Assembly: GCA_951812955.1 (NCBI GenBank)
Contig: OX638340.1
Location: 1,984,001 to 2,048,000 of the forward strand
Direction: 5' to 3'
Length of the DNA stretch: 64,000 bases
Source of the DNA: an uncultured Gemmatimonadota bacterium
Lineage (GTDB): Bacteria > JAAXHH01
Positions 28,615-36,782 of the stretch are shown here, one piece after another (within the stretch, counting starts at the first letter, position 1; each line of letters starts with the position of its first letter). Made by a program: the position numbers and the translations under genes. The notes beneath the pieces were generated by a model. The model did not search any database. It was not told the origin of the DNA and worked only from the letters and a program-made list of their open reading frames with translations.

Positions 28615-29358
28615 CTACGGTTCGCGGCTTCGGATTTCCACGTATCTTTCCATTCTGGCTACCTCGCCGTCGTCCACGTACTTCCCGATTTCACGACGGA
28701 ACTGCTCCATGTCGGTATAGGGACGGTACTCCTTGAACTCGTGGAGCATCCGGTCGCCCACACCCGGTACCGCCAGTATCTCCTCGTCGGTGGCCGTATT
28801 GAGATCGATGGGAACGAATACGTACTGTTCCATGCGGGCGACCTCGGCGTCGTCCACGTACTTGCCCATTTCCCGCCGCCACTGTTCGATGACGAGATAG
28901 GGCCGGTATTCCTTGAACTCGTGAAGCATCCGGTCACCCACGCCGGGCACCAGGAGTATCTCCTCGTCAGCGGCCGTGTTCAGGTCAATAGGGATAAACA
29001 TCTGCGCATAGAGCGCGGCGGTCTCATCGCTGCTTACGTGCTGCGTGACCAGCGCATCCAGTTCGCTCATGTCCGAAAAGGGGCGGGCTTCCACCACCAT
29101 GTCCGCAAGCTCCGCGGTCATTCCCGGCAACATGGCCAGTTCGTCGCTTCCGGCGAGGTTGGGATTCAGGACCGTCAGTACTGATTCGGCCGTAGATTCG
29201 ACGTCGGCGGGATCCGCCTGTTCCGCCGTAGATTCGACGTCGGCGGGATCCGCCTGTTCCGCCGTTTCGGAACCGCCGCATCCGCCGATCCCTACCGCGA
29301 AAAGGCAGGCAAGAAAAGTAGTCAGCAGGACGGTCTGGGATTGCTTGAATGTGATCAT
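28615..29358 (-). CDS. Lipoprotein with three helix-hairpin-helix (ComEA-like) DNA-binding modules, about 248 aa
   Basis: Lipobox (FAVGIGGCGG). Three modules, two nearly identical (IPIDLNTA[AT]DEEIL[LA]VPGVGDRMLHEFKEYRPY), match the ComEA HhH signature (DLNTATxEELxxLPGIG). Start at MITFKQS (29358); the ORF-track start at 29496 is an extension. Confidence 0.6.
   Translation of the reverse strand: MITFKQSQTVLLTTFLACLFAVGIGGCGGSETAEQADPADVESTAEQADPADVESTAESVLTVLNPNLAGSDELAMLPGMTAELADMVVEARPFSDMSELDALVTQHVSSDETAALYAQMFIPIDLNTAADEEILLVPGVGDRMLHEFKEYRPYLVIEQWRREMGKYVDDAEVARMEQYVFVPIDLNTATDEEILAVPGVGDRMLHEFKEYRPYTDMEQFRREIGKYVDDGEVARMERYVEIRSREP
28668..29027. repeat. 180-bp (60-codon) tandem duplication inside the ComEA-like gene, encoding HhH modules B and C
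   Basis: Both copies begin cgtcgtccacgtactt (28668 and 28848). About 80% nucleotide identity over 180 bp. Confidence 0.6.
29192..29263. repeat. Perfect 36-bp tandem duplication (two copies) encoding TAEQADPADVES twice in the ComEA-like lipoprotein linker
   Basis: gtagattcgacgtcggcgggatccgcctgttccgcc occurs twice back to back. Confidence 0.85.
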
Positions 29359-29837
29359 GATTTCTCCATGATTTTGGTAGGAACACGATTTGAATTCAGA
29401 ACCGGGTGCCGAAGGCAGGCCACCAGGCCCAGCAGGCCGATCAACGTCATGGTGCCAGGCGCAAGAGACGGATAGGCACCTCCAAGCGCTTCCCACACCA
29501 GTTCAAGTCCTTCCCGCGATGGATACATTTCCAGTTCGAATTCCATATTGCCCTGGTAGTGCAGCCACTGGCCCGTGAAACCGGAAAGGATGAATAGTAC
29601 CATCATGACCTGGTACGCCCGTACGGCCGCGAAACCGGGCGAGCGTATGAGCCAGATCGAAACCGGCAAAGCGGCCGCGAGGAGCACAATCGGGGCCCAT
29701 TGCCAGTTGTCCTCCATGTGATCCAGGAGTATGAGTTCGAGACCAACGCCCACGATGCCCACAGTCAGAACGATGAGAACGAGGCGTCGAAGCGTCGAGT
29801 CATGGTCTCGCGGTAATCCGTGAGACGGTTTTTCCAT
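29355..29837 (-). CDS. Small integral membrane protein (about 4 TM helices), unknown function, 160 aa
   Basis: Four hydrophobic segments. Stop overlaps the ComEA-like start (ATGA). Lies 27 nt downstream of the SRAP gene. Confidence 0.5.
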   Translation of the reverse strand: MEKPSHGLPRDHDSTLRRLVLIVLTVGIVGVGLELILLDHMEDNWQWAPIVLLAAALPVSIWLIRSPGFAAVRAYQVMMVLFILSGFTGQWLHYQGNMEFELEMYPSREGLELVWEALGGAYPSLAPGTMTLIGLLGLVACLRHPVLNSNRVPTKIMEKS

Positions 29838-29864
29838 GGCTTGGGCCTCGCGTACGTCGGGAAA

Positions 29865-30551
29865 TCAGAAGAGTGTATTCCTCACCAGGGGTGTCAGGAT
29901 ATCCGGGGTGTCGTTGGCCACGCGGTTTACCATGTCGCTGACAGGGCGGATTTCGTACGGACCTTCGTAAGGCGGCCCGATGATTTCCTTCAGGGTTTCC
30001 TGGGGCGTACCGGGATCGAGCCAATCGGTGAAGTCGTCCGGATCGACCACTGCGGGCTGGCGATCGTGGATATCCGTAAGTCCGGGCGAAGCTTCGGTCG
30101 TGATAATGGTGAACGATTCGATATGCTGGCCGTCCCGGCCCCACTGCTCCCACAGCGCGGCGAAGGAAACCGGCGCACTGCTTTCCAGCGCCAGGAAGTA
30201 AGGCTGCTTGCCGCCTCCGGTCCGCTTCCATTCGAACCATCCATTCGACGGGATGAGGCATCGCCGAGCCCGGAATGCCGATCGGAAGGCCGGCTTCTCA
30301 TGGACGGTCTCGGCCCGGGCATTGATGAGGCGCGCGCCGATCTTGACGTCTTTGGCCCAGAACGGCACCAGTCCCCAGCGAAGCACGGCCATGGACCTTG
30401 TCCCGTTTTCGTCCAGGCGGCAGAGCGCAAATTCCTGGGTCGGCGCACCGTTGTACCGTGGTTGCGGATCCAGCCGCGGCGTCGAATCGGGCAAGGTATA
30501 CAGCGTGTAGATTTGCTGCCAGGTCAGGTTCTGGGAAAGGCGGCCGCACAT
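29865..30551 (-). CDS. SOS-response-associated peptidase (SRAP/YedK/HMCES family; abasic-site processing protein), 228 aa
   Basis: Begins MCGRL (catalytic Cys2 after Met removal). Conserved blocks NARAET, PSNGWFEW, FTIIT. Confidence 0.8.
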   Translation of the reverse strand: MCGRLSQNLTWQQIYTLYTLPDSTPRLDPQPRYNGAPTQEFALCRLDENGTRSMAVLRWGLVPFWAKDVKIGARLINARAETVHEKPAFRSAFRARRCLIPSNGWFEWKRTGGGKQPYFLALESSAPVSFAALWEQWGRDGQHIESFTIITTEASPGLTDIHDRQPAVVDPDDFTDWLDPGTPQETLKEIIGPPYEGPYEIRPVSDMVNRVANDTPDILTPLVRNTLF

Positions 30552-30651
30552 GGGTTCAGTCGTCCTCCCGGCATGATTCCAGCCCGGTTCGGCCGGTAAG
30601 GCGTTTCAGTCGACCAGAATGCTTGACCATATTACTCCGATATGCTTCATT

Positions 30652-30710
30652 ACGCTACCAATGCAAACGCCACAACAGTGCAATACGCTACCAACACAAA
30701 ACGCTACCAA
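30652..30710. repeat. Three direct copies of ACGCTACCAA (two extended to ACGCTACCAATGCAA) in the divergent SRAP/sulP intergenic region
   Basis: ttACGCTACCAATGCAAacgcc ... caatACGCTACCAAcacaaaACGCTACCAATGCAAgcc. Confidence 0.6.
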
Positions 30711-30907
30711 TGCAAGCCAGATTCTGGGAACGGAGAAGGTGCCTGCAATCATCGTGGTTTGGGAATCGTTGATTCGAGTGGCATTCAACCGGCAATCGAT
30801 CCCGATTGTAATCGTTCGATGACGAGCGTCCGTTTCCTGCCTATTAGGCGAAGATAGGGATATTCGCGCGCGAGGCAAGGCCAAACGCACTGAGAATAGA
30901 GGGTCTT

Positions 30908-32524
30908 TTGAACTACAATCTGGACACTTTCCGCGGTGACCTGTTCGGTGGGATAACCGCGGCTGTAGTGGGCCTGCCGGTTGCCCTCGCGTTCGGTGTC
31001 GCTTCGGGCATGGGCGCGGCGGCCGGCCTGTACGGTGCGATCGGCGTAGGTTTGTTCGCCGCGCTGTTCGGGGGTACCCGATCCCAGATTTCCGGCCCCA
31101 CGGCACCCATGGCCGTGGCCATGGCGGTCATCATAACGGAACACGCCAGTACAATGAGCGAAGCCCTGATCGTGGTCATGATGGGTGGGTTTCTGCAGAT
31201 CCTGCTTGGCGTGTTGAGGATCGGCCGTTACGTCGCCTACACCCCCCACGTGGTGATCTCGGGATTCATGTCAGGTATCGGCCTGATCGTCATGCTGATC
31301 CAGGCCCTGCCCTTCATCGGGGCGCCCGCCGCGCCGGGCGGTGTCGTCGGCACCGTTGGAGTGCTTTCAGAAGCCATAGGGGACATCAATTACAGCGCTT
31401 TCGTTATCGCCTTCATCACCTTGGCCGTCGGTGTGCTCTGGCCGAGAAGTCTGTCGAAAGTCGTACCCGGCACCCTGGTGGCTCTCATCGCCGGTACGCT
31501 ACTGAGCGTGCTCTGGTTCACCGAAGTACCCGTAATCGGGATCATACCCGCCGGCCTCCCTGAGATTATCCTCGTGCCGCCCACGGCCGACTTCCTGCTG
31601 CATGCCATTGAACCCGCGCTCATCCTCGCCCTGCTTGGTTCCGTGGACAGCCTGCTTACTTCCCTGATCGCCGACTCGCTCACGGGCACGCGCCACCGCG
31701 CCGACCAGGAACTGGTGGGGCAGGGCATCGGCAACATGGTGGCGGGATTGATCGGCGGACTCCCCGGAGCTGGTGCTACCATGGGCACAGTAACGAACAT
31801 CAGGGCCGGCGGCACGACCCGTTTGTCCGGCGCTATCCGCGCGGTCATACTGCTGGTGCTCCTCATGGGGCTGGGCTGGATTGTCGAGCCGATCCCCCAC
31901 GCCGTCCTGGCGGGCATATTGATGATGGTTGGCTGGGACATCGTCGACTGGCGGATGCTTACGCGAATCCACCGTCTCCGCCGGGAACATCTCATCATCC
32001 TGTTGATCACCCTGAGCTTGACCGTATTCGTCGACCTGGTCACCGCGGTGGCGATCGGACTGATCGTCGCGGGCATGGCCCACGCCAGGAAGCTGGAAAA
32101 CCTGGAACTGGACAGCGTGGTCTCCGTACCGCTGCTTGACCGCCAGTTTTTCACACTGGAAGAAGACACCTCCAGAATAGACGAATTCTCGGCACGCGTA
32201 GGACTGGTTGCGCTCAGGGGGAGTTTCACCGTTGCTTCGTCCAAGAAACTCGTGGGCGTGATCAGTGAGGACATCAAGGAACATGACGTTGTCATCTTCG
32301 ATTTCTCCGGAGCCACCTACATCGACGACAGTGCGGCCATGGTCGTCGAACAACTGATGGACGTCGCCACGAGCGAAGACACCGAGTTTGTCGTCATGTC
32401 GCTATCGGGATCCGTCGAGGATACCTTATCCGCCCTCGGTATCATCCAGCGCGTACCTGAAGCACACATTGTGGAAACGCTGGATGAAGCGCGCGTGGTA
32501 GCGAGGGAGATGCTCGGGATGTGA
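30908..32524 (+). CDS. SulP family anion transporter with C-terminal STAS domain, 538 aa
   Basis: N-terminal sulfate transporter motif (FRGDLFGGITAAVVGLPVALAFGVASG), multiple TMs and a C-terminal STAS fold. Confidence 0.85.
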   Translation: MNYNLDTFRGDLFGGITAAVVGLPVALAFGVASGMGAAAGLYGAIGVGLFAALFGGTRSQISGPTAPMAVAMAVIITEHASTMSEALIVVMMGGFLQILLGVLRIGRYVAYTPHVVISGFMSGIGLIVMLIQALPFIGAPAAPGGVVGTVGVLSEAIGDINYSAFVIAFITLAVGVLWPRSLSKVVPGTLVALIAGTLLSVLWFTEVPVIGIIPAGLPEIILVPPTADFLLHAIEPALILALLGSVDSLLTSLIADSLTGTRHRADQELVGQGIGNMVAGLIGGLPGAGATMGTVTNIRAGGTTRLSGAIRAVILLVLLMGLGWIVEPIPHAVLAGILMMVGWDIVDWRMLTRIHRLRREHLIILLITLSLTVFVDLVTAVAIGLIVAGMAHARKLENLELDSVVSVPLLDRQFFTLEEDTSRIDEFSARVGLVALRGSFTVASSKKLVGVISEDIKEHDVVIFDFSGATYIDDSAAMVVEQLMDVATSEDTEFVVMSLSGSVEDTLSALGIIQRVPEAHIVETLDEARVVAREMLGM

Positions 32525-32554
32525 GCTCCGTTCTTGGGATGTGAGCCCCTTGAA
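32515..32554. repeat. 20-nt tandem duplication (GGGATGTGAGCYCC...) including the sulP stop codon
   Basis: gggatgtgagctccgttctt gggatgtgagccccttgaat. The first copy holds G-M-stop of SulP. Confidence 0.6.
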
Positions 32555-32576
32555 TGCAGGGGAAAGGCGAAGGCAC

Positions 32577-34328
32577 ATGATCGCACGAAGGAGACCATGC
32601 CTCCCGTTCTGCCTGATCGGGCTCTTCGCCCTGTTGTTGAATTCGGCCTGCGGCGACGACCCCTCCGATCTTCCCGGCCATCCGTATGTTGAGACCATTC
32701 CCGGCGAAGAAGCGGTGGCCAGGCCGCTTCCGGCGGACGCGGCGCCCCCCGAACGCCAGGTATACCGCTACTTTTCCAATGAACCCTCCAGCCTGGACGT
32801 GAGCGTCGCCCTGTACGAATCCCTGGGCAGCGCCTTTCTCTTCGAACGGCTTTGCATGATCGACGAGAACGAAGAACTCACCCCGGGCGCGGCGGACCGG
32901 TGGGAGCGTTCATCGGATGGAAGGACCTGGACGTTCCACCTGCATCCCGGCGCACGCTGGAGTGACGGCACGCCCGTCACCGCCCACGACTTCGAGTACA
33001 CGTTCAAGCGCCTGCTCCACCCTGACAGCGGAAACGTATACGCCTTCTTCTACTACGACATCAAGGGCGCAAGGGCGTACAACCAACGAATGAGCGACGA
33101 CCCGGACCTGCTCGGCGTGCGCGCGATCGACGACCTGACCTTCGAAATCGAAACGGAAGAACCCTGCGCCTACATGCCTTACGTTACCTCGTACACAGCC
33201 TCTTCCCCGGTACCCCGATGGCAGGTGGAGAAATACGGCGCAAGGTGGACCGAAGCCGATCGGTGCGTGAGTAATTCCGCGTACCGTCTTGATGAATGGG
33301 TCCAGGGCAAGTACATGACCTTCCGCCTCAACCCCCACTACCGAGGCAACCATCCCGGCCATTTCAGAAAGATCGTACGCTTATTCTCGGGAATGGCGGG
33401 GACCGGCAGCGCGTCCGGCGGCGTGGGACTGCTGCCGTACGAGAACGACGAGGTCGAGCTGGTCGGCGTGGGAAGTCCGGCCGATCTCGACCGCATCAGA
33501 AACGATCCTGAACTGGGCGGACAGCTATGGAAGTTCAACGGCGTGTCCACGGTGTACCTGTTTTTCCGGACCCGGGAACCACCCCTGAACGATGTCCGCG
33601 TGCGTCAGGCCATCGCGATGGCCATCGACAAACAGACCATCGCCGACGTACTGTTCAAGGGAGCCGTCCGACCGGCCTACGGTATGCGTCCTCCCAATTT
33701 TCCCGGGTACGTTGGAGAAAAGTTTCGGCATCTGCAGCGGTTCGACCCGGAAACCGCGCAACGCCTGCTGGCCGAAGCCGGGTTCCCCGGTGGAAAGGGG
33801 TTTCCCGCCATCGAAATCTGGTTGAGGGACGCGCCGCCTTCGTCACAGAGCGGCCAGGCCGCGCAGATGATCCAGGAACAACTGCACGAAATCCTGGGAA
33901 TCCGGCTCGAGATCCTCAACATGCAGGCGAACGCGTTCAACCAACTGATGTACGAATGGAAAATTCCGATCGGCATGGTGGGCTACGGCGCTGATTTTTC
34001 GGATCCGCAAAGCCTGCTCGGTGTGCCCTGGCGCTCCCAGCCCCGGGGATTCACCCGGCACGACTGGGACAACGCAAGATACAATAACCTGATCGACCGG
34101 GCCCGCGTGGAAGTCGATCGCGACAGAAGAATGCAGCTTTATGAAGAAGCGGAACGGATTCTGACCTCCGATGTCGGCGGGGCCTTTTTATGGCACGACC
34201 TCAGGTTTCAACTCCGCAAACCGTGGCTCAAGGGACTGAAACGGGACCGCGCGGGTTTCTATCCATTCTGGGAGAACAACACTGTGTACACCGAAATGTA
34301 CATCGGCAACGAGAGAATGGACGGATGA
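32577..34328 (+). CDS. ABC transporter substrate-binding protein, family 5 (peptide/nickel/oligosaccharide type), lipoprotein, about 583 aa
   Basis: Lipobox (LLNSACGDD). SBP_bac_5 profile throughout. Orphan: no permease or ATPase adjacent. Confidence 0.75.
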   Translation: MIARRRPCLPFCLIGLFALLLNSACGDDPSDLPGHPYVETIPGEEAVARPLPADAAPPERQVYRYFSNEPSSLDVSVALYESLGSAFLFERLCMIDENEELTPGAADRWERSSDGRTWTFHLHPGARWSDGTPVTAHDFEYTFKRLLHPDSGNVYAFFYYDIKGARAYNQRMSDDPDLLGVRAIDDLTFEIETEEPCAYMPYVTSYTASSPVPRWQVEKYGARWTEADRCVSNSAYRLDEWVQGKYMTFRLNPHYRGNHPGHFRKIVRLFSGMAGTGSASGGVGLLPYENDEVELVGVGSPADLDRIRNDPELGGQLWKFNGVSTVYLFFRTREPPLNDVRVRQAIAMAIDKQTIADVLFKGAVRPAYGMRPPNFPGYVGEKFRHLQRFDPETAQRLLAEAGFPGGKGFPAIEIWLRDAPPSSQSGQAAQMIQEQLHEILGIRLEILNMQANAFNQLMYEWKIPIGMVGYGADFSDPQSLLGVPWRSQPRGFTRHDWDNARYNNLIDRARVEVDRDRRMQLYEEAERILTSDVGGAFLWHDLRFQLRKPWLKGLKRDRAGFYPFWENNTVYTEMYIGNERMDG

Positions 34329-34350
34329 AAGGGCACAGAGGGCACAGGAC

Positions 34351-35175
34351 ATGAATGACCCATATCGTATTGACGGGGCAATCGCGGTCGTGACCGGCGC
34401 GGCGCAGGGTCTCGGACTGGGTATCGCGGAACGGCTGGCACGCGGCGGCGCGACCGTGGTGATGGCGGACTTGCAGCTCGAAAAGGTCGAGGCGGAAGCA
34501 GGGAAACTCCGAGAACAGGGGCTGGCGGCAATTCCCAGGCCTCTGGACGTTTCGGATAGCGCATCGGTAAGTGCATGCTTCGATGCGGTAGCCGAAGCGC
34601 ACAGGCGGCTCGACATCCTGGTCAACAACGCCGGGGTCGGCCAGAAGGTAGCGCCCGTCGTCGAACTGAATGATTCAGAATGGGACCGGGTCATGCGGGT
34701 CACGTTGACCGGGACCTTCTACTGCTGCCGGGCCGCGGGCGGGATCATGGAACGGCAGGAGTCGGGATGCATCGTGAACATCTCTTCCATCAACGGACAG
34801 AATCCGGCGGCCCTGGTAGCGGCCTACAACGCGGCCAAGGAAGGCGTCATCAGTCTCACGCGGACCCTGGCCCTGGAGCTTGCGGCTTACGGAGTCCGGG
34901 TGAACGCCGTGTGTCCGGGCCCGGTATACACCGAGTTCAACCGGTCGAACATGGCCCAGCGCAGCAAGACCCTGGGATTGACCGAAGAGGAGATGATCGA
35001 ACGGATTCGTGGCGCCATCCCGCTAGGCAGGTGGGGCGAACCGGAAGACATCGCGAATGGAGTCGCGTTCCTCTGCAGCCCCGCGGCGGGCTGGATCACC
35101 GGGGAAGTCCTGCGGGTGAGCGGCGGCATGGAGGGAGTTGCGGCCGCTCCGCCGAGGCGGGATTCCAGGGGATGA
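34351..35175 (+). CDS. SDR family NAD(P)-dependent oxidoreductase (FabG-like), 274 aa
   Basis: TGAAQGLG Rossmann motif, NNAG, catalytic YxxxK (YNAAK). Confidence 0.8.
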   Translation: MNDPYRIDGAIAVVTGAAQGLGLGIAERLARGGATVVMADLQLEKVEAEAGKLREQGLAAIPRPLDVSDSASVSACFDAVAEAHRRLDILVNNAGVGQKVAPVVELNDSEWDRVMRVTLTGTFYCCRAAGGIMERQESGCIVNISSINGQNPAALVAAYNAAKEGVISLTRTLALELAAYGVRVNAVCPGPVYTEFNRSNMAQRSKTLGLTEEEMIERIRGAIPLGRWGEPEDIANGVAFLCSPAAGWITGEVLRVSGGMEGVAAAPPRRDSRG

Positions 35176-35195
35176 GATGGCCGTTTCAGCCCCGC

Positions 35196-35229
35196 CTTCC
35201 TACACCCCGGCCTTTCTACACCCCCGCCA
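35196..35229. repeat. 16-17-nt tandem duplication (GCCTTYCTACACCCCG) including the stop codon of the sugar ABC ATPase gene
   Basis: gccttcctacaccccg gcctttctacacccccg. The second copy carries the CTA (TAG) stop of the minus-strand ATPase gene. Confidence 0.55.
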
Positions 35230-36715
35230 TCATTCGCATGACTGTGCCCTGGTCCGCATCCTCGCGGGAAAGTTCACCCGCCACGCGACCTGCACGCAGC
35301 ACCATGATCCGCGTCGAAAGGTTGAGCACTTCCGGCAATTCGCTCGACACGAGCACGATGGCCGTGCCCTCATGGGCCAACTGGTCGATCAGGGCGTGTA
35401 TTTCCGACTTGGCGCCCACGTCCACGCCCCGGGTGGGTTCGTCGATCAGGAGCACCGGGCATCGCGCGGCCAGCCACTTGGCGAGGACAACCTTCTGCTG
35501 ATTGCCTCCGGACAGGCCCGCCGTGTTATACCGGACATCGTCCGGCCGCACCGATAGCCGCTTTACGTACTCGTCAGCCAAATCTTCCTCCCCTTTGCCT
35601 CGTATCCATCCGAAATTGGAACGGTGCGCCAGCGTGGGCAGACCGATGTTCTGGTCCACGCGAAGGGTAAGGACGAGGCCGAATCGTTTCCGGTCTTCGG
35701 GCACAAGCCCGATTCCGTTTCGCATCGCGTCGATCGGATGCCGGATGCTCACCGGCCGGCCGGCGACACGTAAGTGCCCTGTAACGTTGGGATCCAGCCC
35801 GAAAACGGCCTGCAGCACTTCGGTCCGCCCGGCGCCGACCAGGCCGGCCAGGGCGAGTACTTCCCCGGACCGCACCGAGAATGAGACGTTCTCAAACTTT
35901 CCGGGACTTGTAAGGCTGTCCACGGCCAGCATCTCGCCGCCGGATTCGGTGTCGACGTGGGATGGGAAGTAGGCCTCGTAGGTGCGGCCTATCATGAGAT
36001 TGATCAGCGTGGCCCGGTCGAGCTCGGCGACCGGGCGGGTAGTCACGTGCCGCCCATCGCGTAGCACGGTCACGACGTCGCACAGGCGGAAGATTTCGTC
36101 CAGGTCGTGGGAGATGTAGATCGACGTCACACCCTTCGACTTGAGATGACGGATGTTCTCCCGCAGCCGTTTCGCTTCCACGTGCGACAGACTGCTGGTC
36201 GGCTCGTCGAAGACGATCACGCGGGCGCCGCTGCCCAGGGCCGCCGCGATCTGCACCAGTTGCTGCTGGGCGACGGGCAGGTCGCCGATGGACGTTCCCA
36301 CGTCCATGTCGGCGTCAACTGCCTCCAGCATGCGACGGGCCCGTTCTTCCATCGACCGGTCGGAGACGAACCCGCCCCTGGCCGGCAGTGTACCCAGGCA
36401 GAGGTTCTCGGCGACAGACAGGTTCTCGCAGAAAACGAGTTCCTGGTGGACCATCCCGATGCCCATGTCAAGGGCATCCCGCGGTTCGATCAGCTGTACG
36501 GGACGACCGTCGATTCGGATCTGTCCGCCGTCGTGATCGTAGATGCCGGTCAGGATCCGACCCAGCGTACTCTTGCCGGCGCCGTTTTCGCCGACCACGG
36601 CGTGGCAGGTACCCGCTTCGATGCCGAAGGTAACGTCGTCGAGCGCCGTCACGCCCGGAAACCGCTTGGTGATCCGATCGAACTCGATATAGGGTTGCGC
36701 TGGATTGCGGTCCAT
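35216..36715 (-). CDS. Sugar ABC transporter ATP-binding protein with duplicated ABC domains (RbsA/MglA/XylG type), 499 aa
   Basis: Two Walker A sites (GENGAGKST, GLVGAGRTE) and two signature motifs (LSGGNQQKV). Confidence 0.85.
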   Translation of the reverse strand: MDRNPAQPYIEFDRITKRFPGVTALDDVTFGIEAGTCHAVVGENGAGKSTLGRILTGIYDHDGGQIRIDGRPVQLIEPRDALDMGIGMVHQELVFCENLSVAENLCLGTLPARGGFVSDRSMEERARRMLEAVDADMDVGTSIGDLPVAQQQLVQIAAALGSGARVIVFDEPTSSLSHVEAKRLRENIRHLKSKGVTSIYISHDLDEIFRLCDVVTVLRDGRHVTTRPVAELDRATLINLMIGRTYEAYFPSHVDTESGGEMLAVDSLTSPGKFENVSFSVRSGEVLALAGLVGAGRTEVLQAVFGLDPNVTGHLRVAGRPVSIRHPIDAMRNGIGLVPEDRKRFGLVLTLRVDQNIGLPTLAHRSNFGWIRGKGEEDLADEYVKRLSVRPDDVRYNTAGLSGGNQQKVVLAKWLAARCPVLLIDEPTRGVDVGAKSEIHALIDQLAHEGTAIVLVSSELPEVLNLSTRIMVLRAGRVAGELSREDADQGTVMRMMAGV

Positions 36716-36782
36716 GGTGTTACCGGGAGGTTACCGGGCGATCAGTCGTTCGAAACCTGCGAACCTCGTTCGGCCGACCTGT

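Noticed and set aside
28542-30907. Possibility that the tRNA-Pro-adjacent segment is an integrated mobile element or prophage remnant
   Set aside because: No integrase, recombinase, transposase or phage structural genes. No direct repeat of the tRNA 3' end found at the distal boundary. Only a mild GC dip. It is treated as a chromosomal module, not annotated as a mobile element.
31390-32353. Two long minus-strand ORFs (308 and 284 aa) antisense to sulP
   Set aside because: Ser/Thr/Pro-rich low-complexity translations opposite a well-supported transporter gene.
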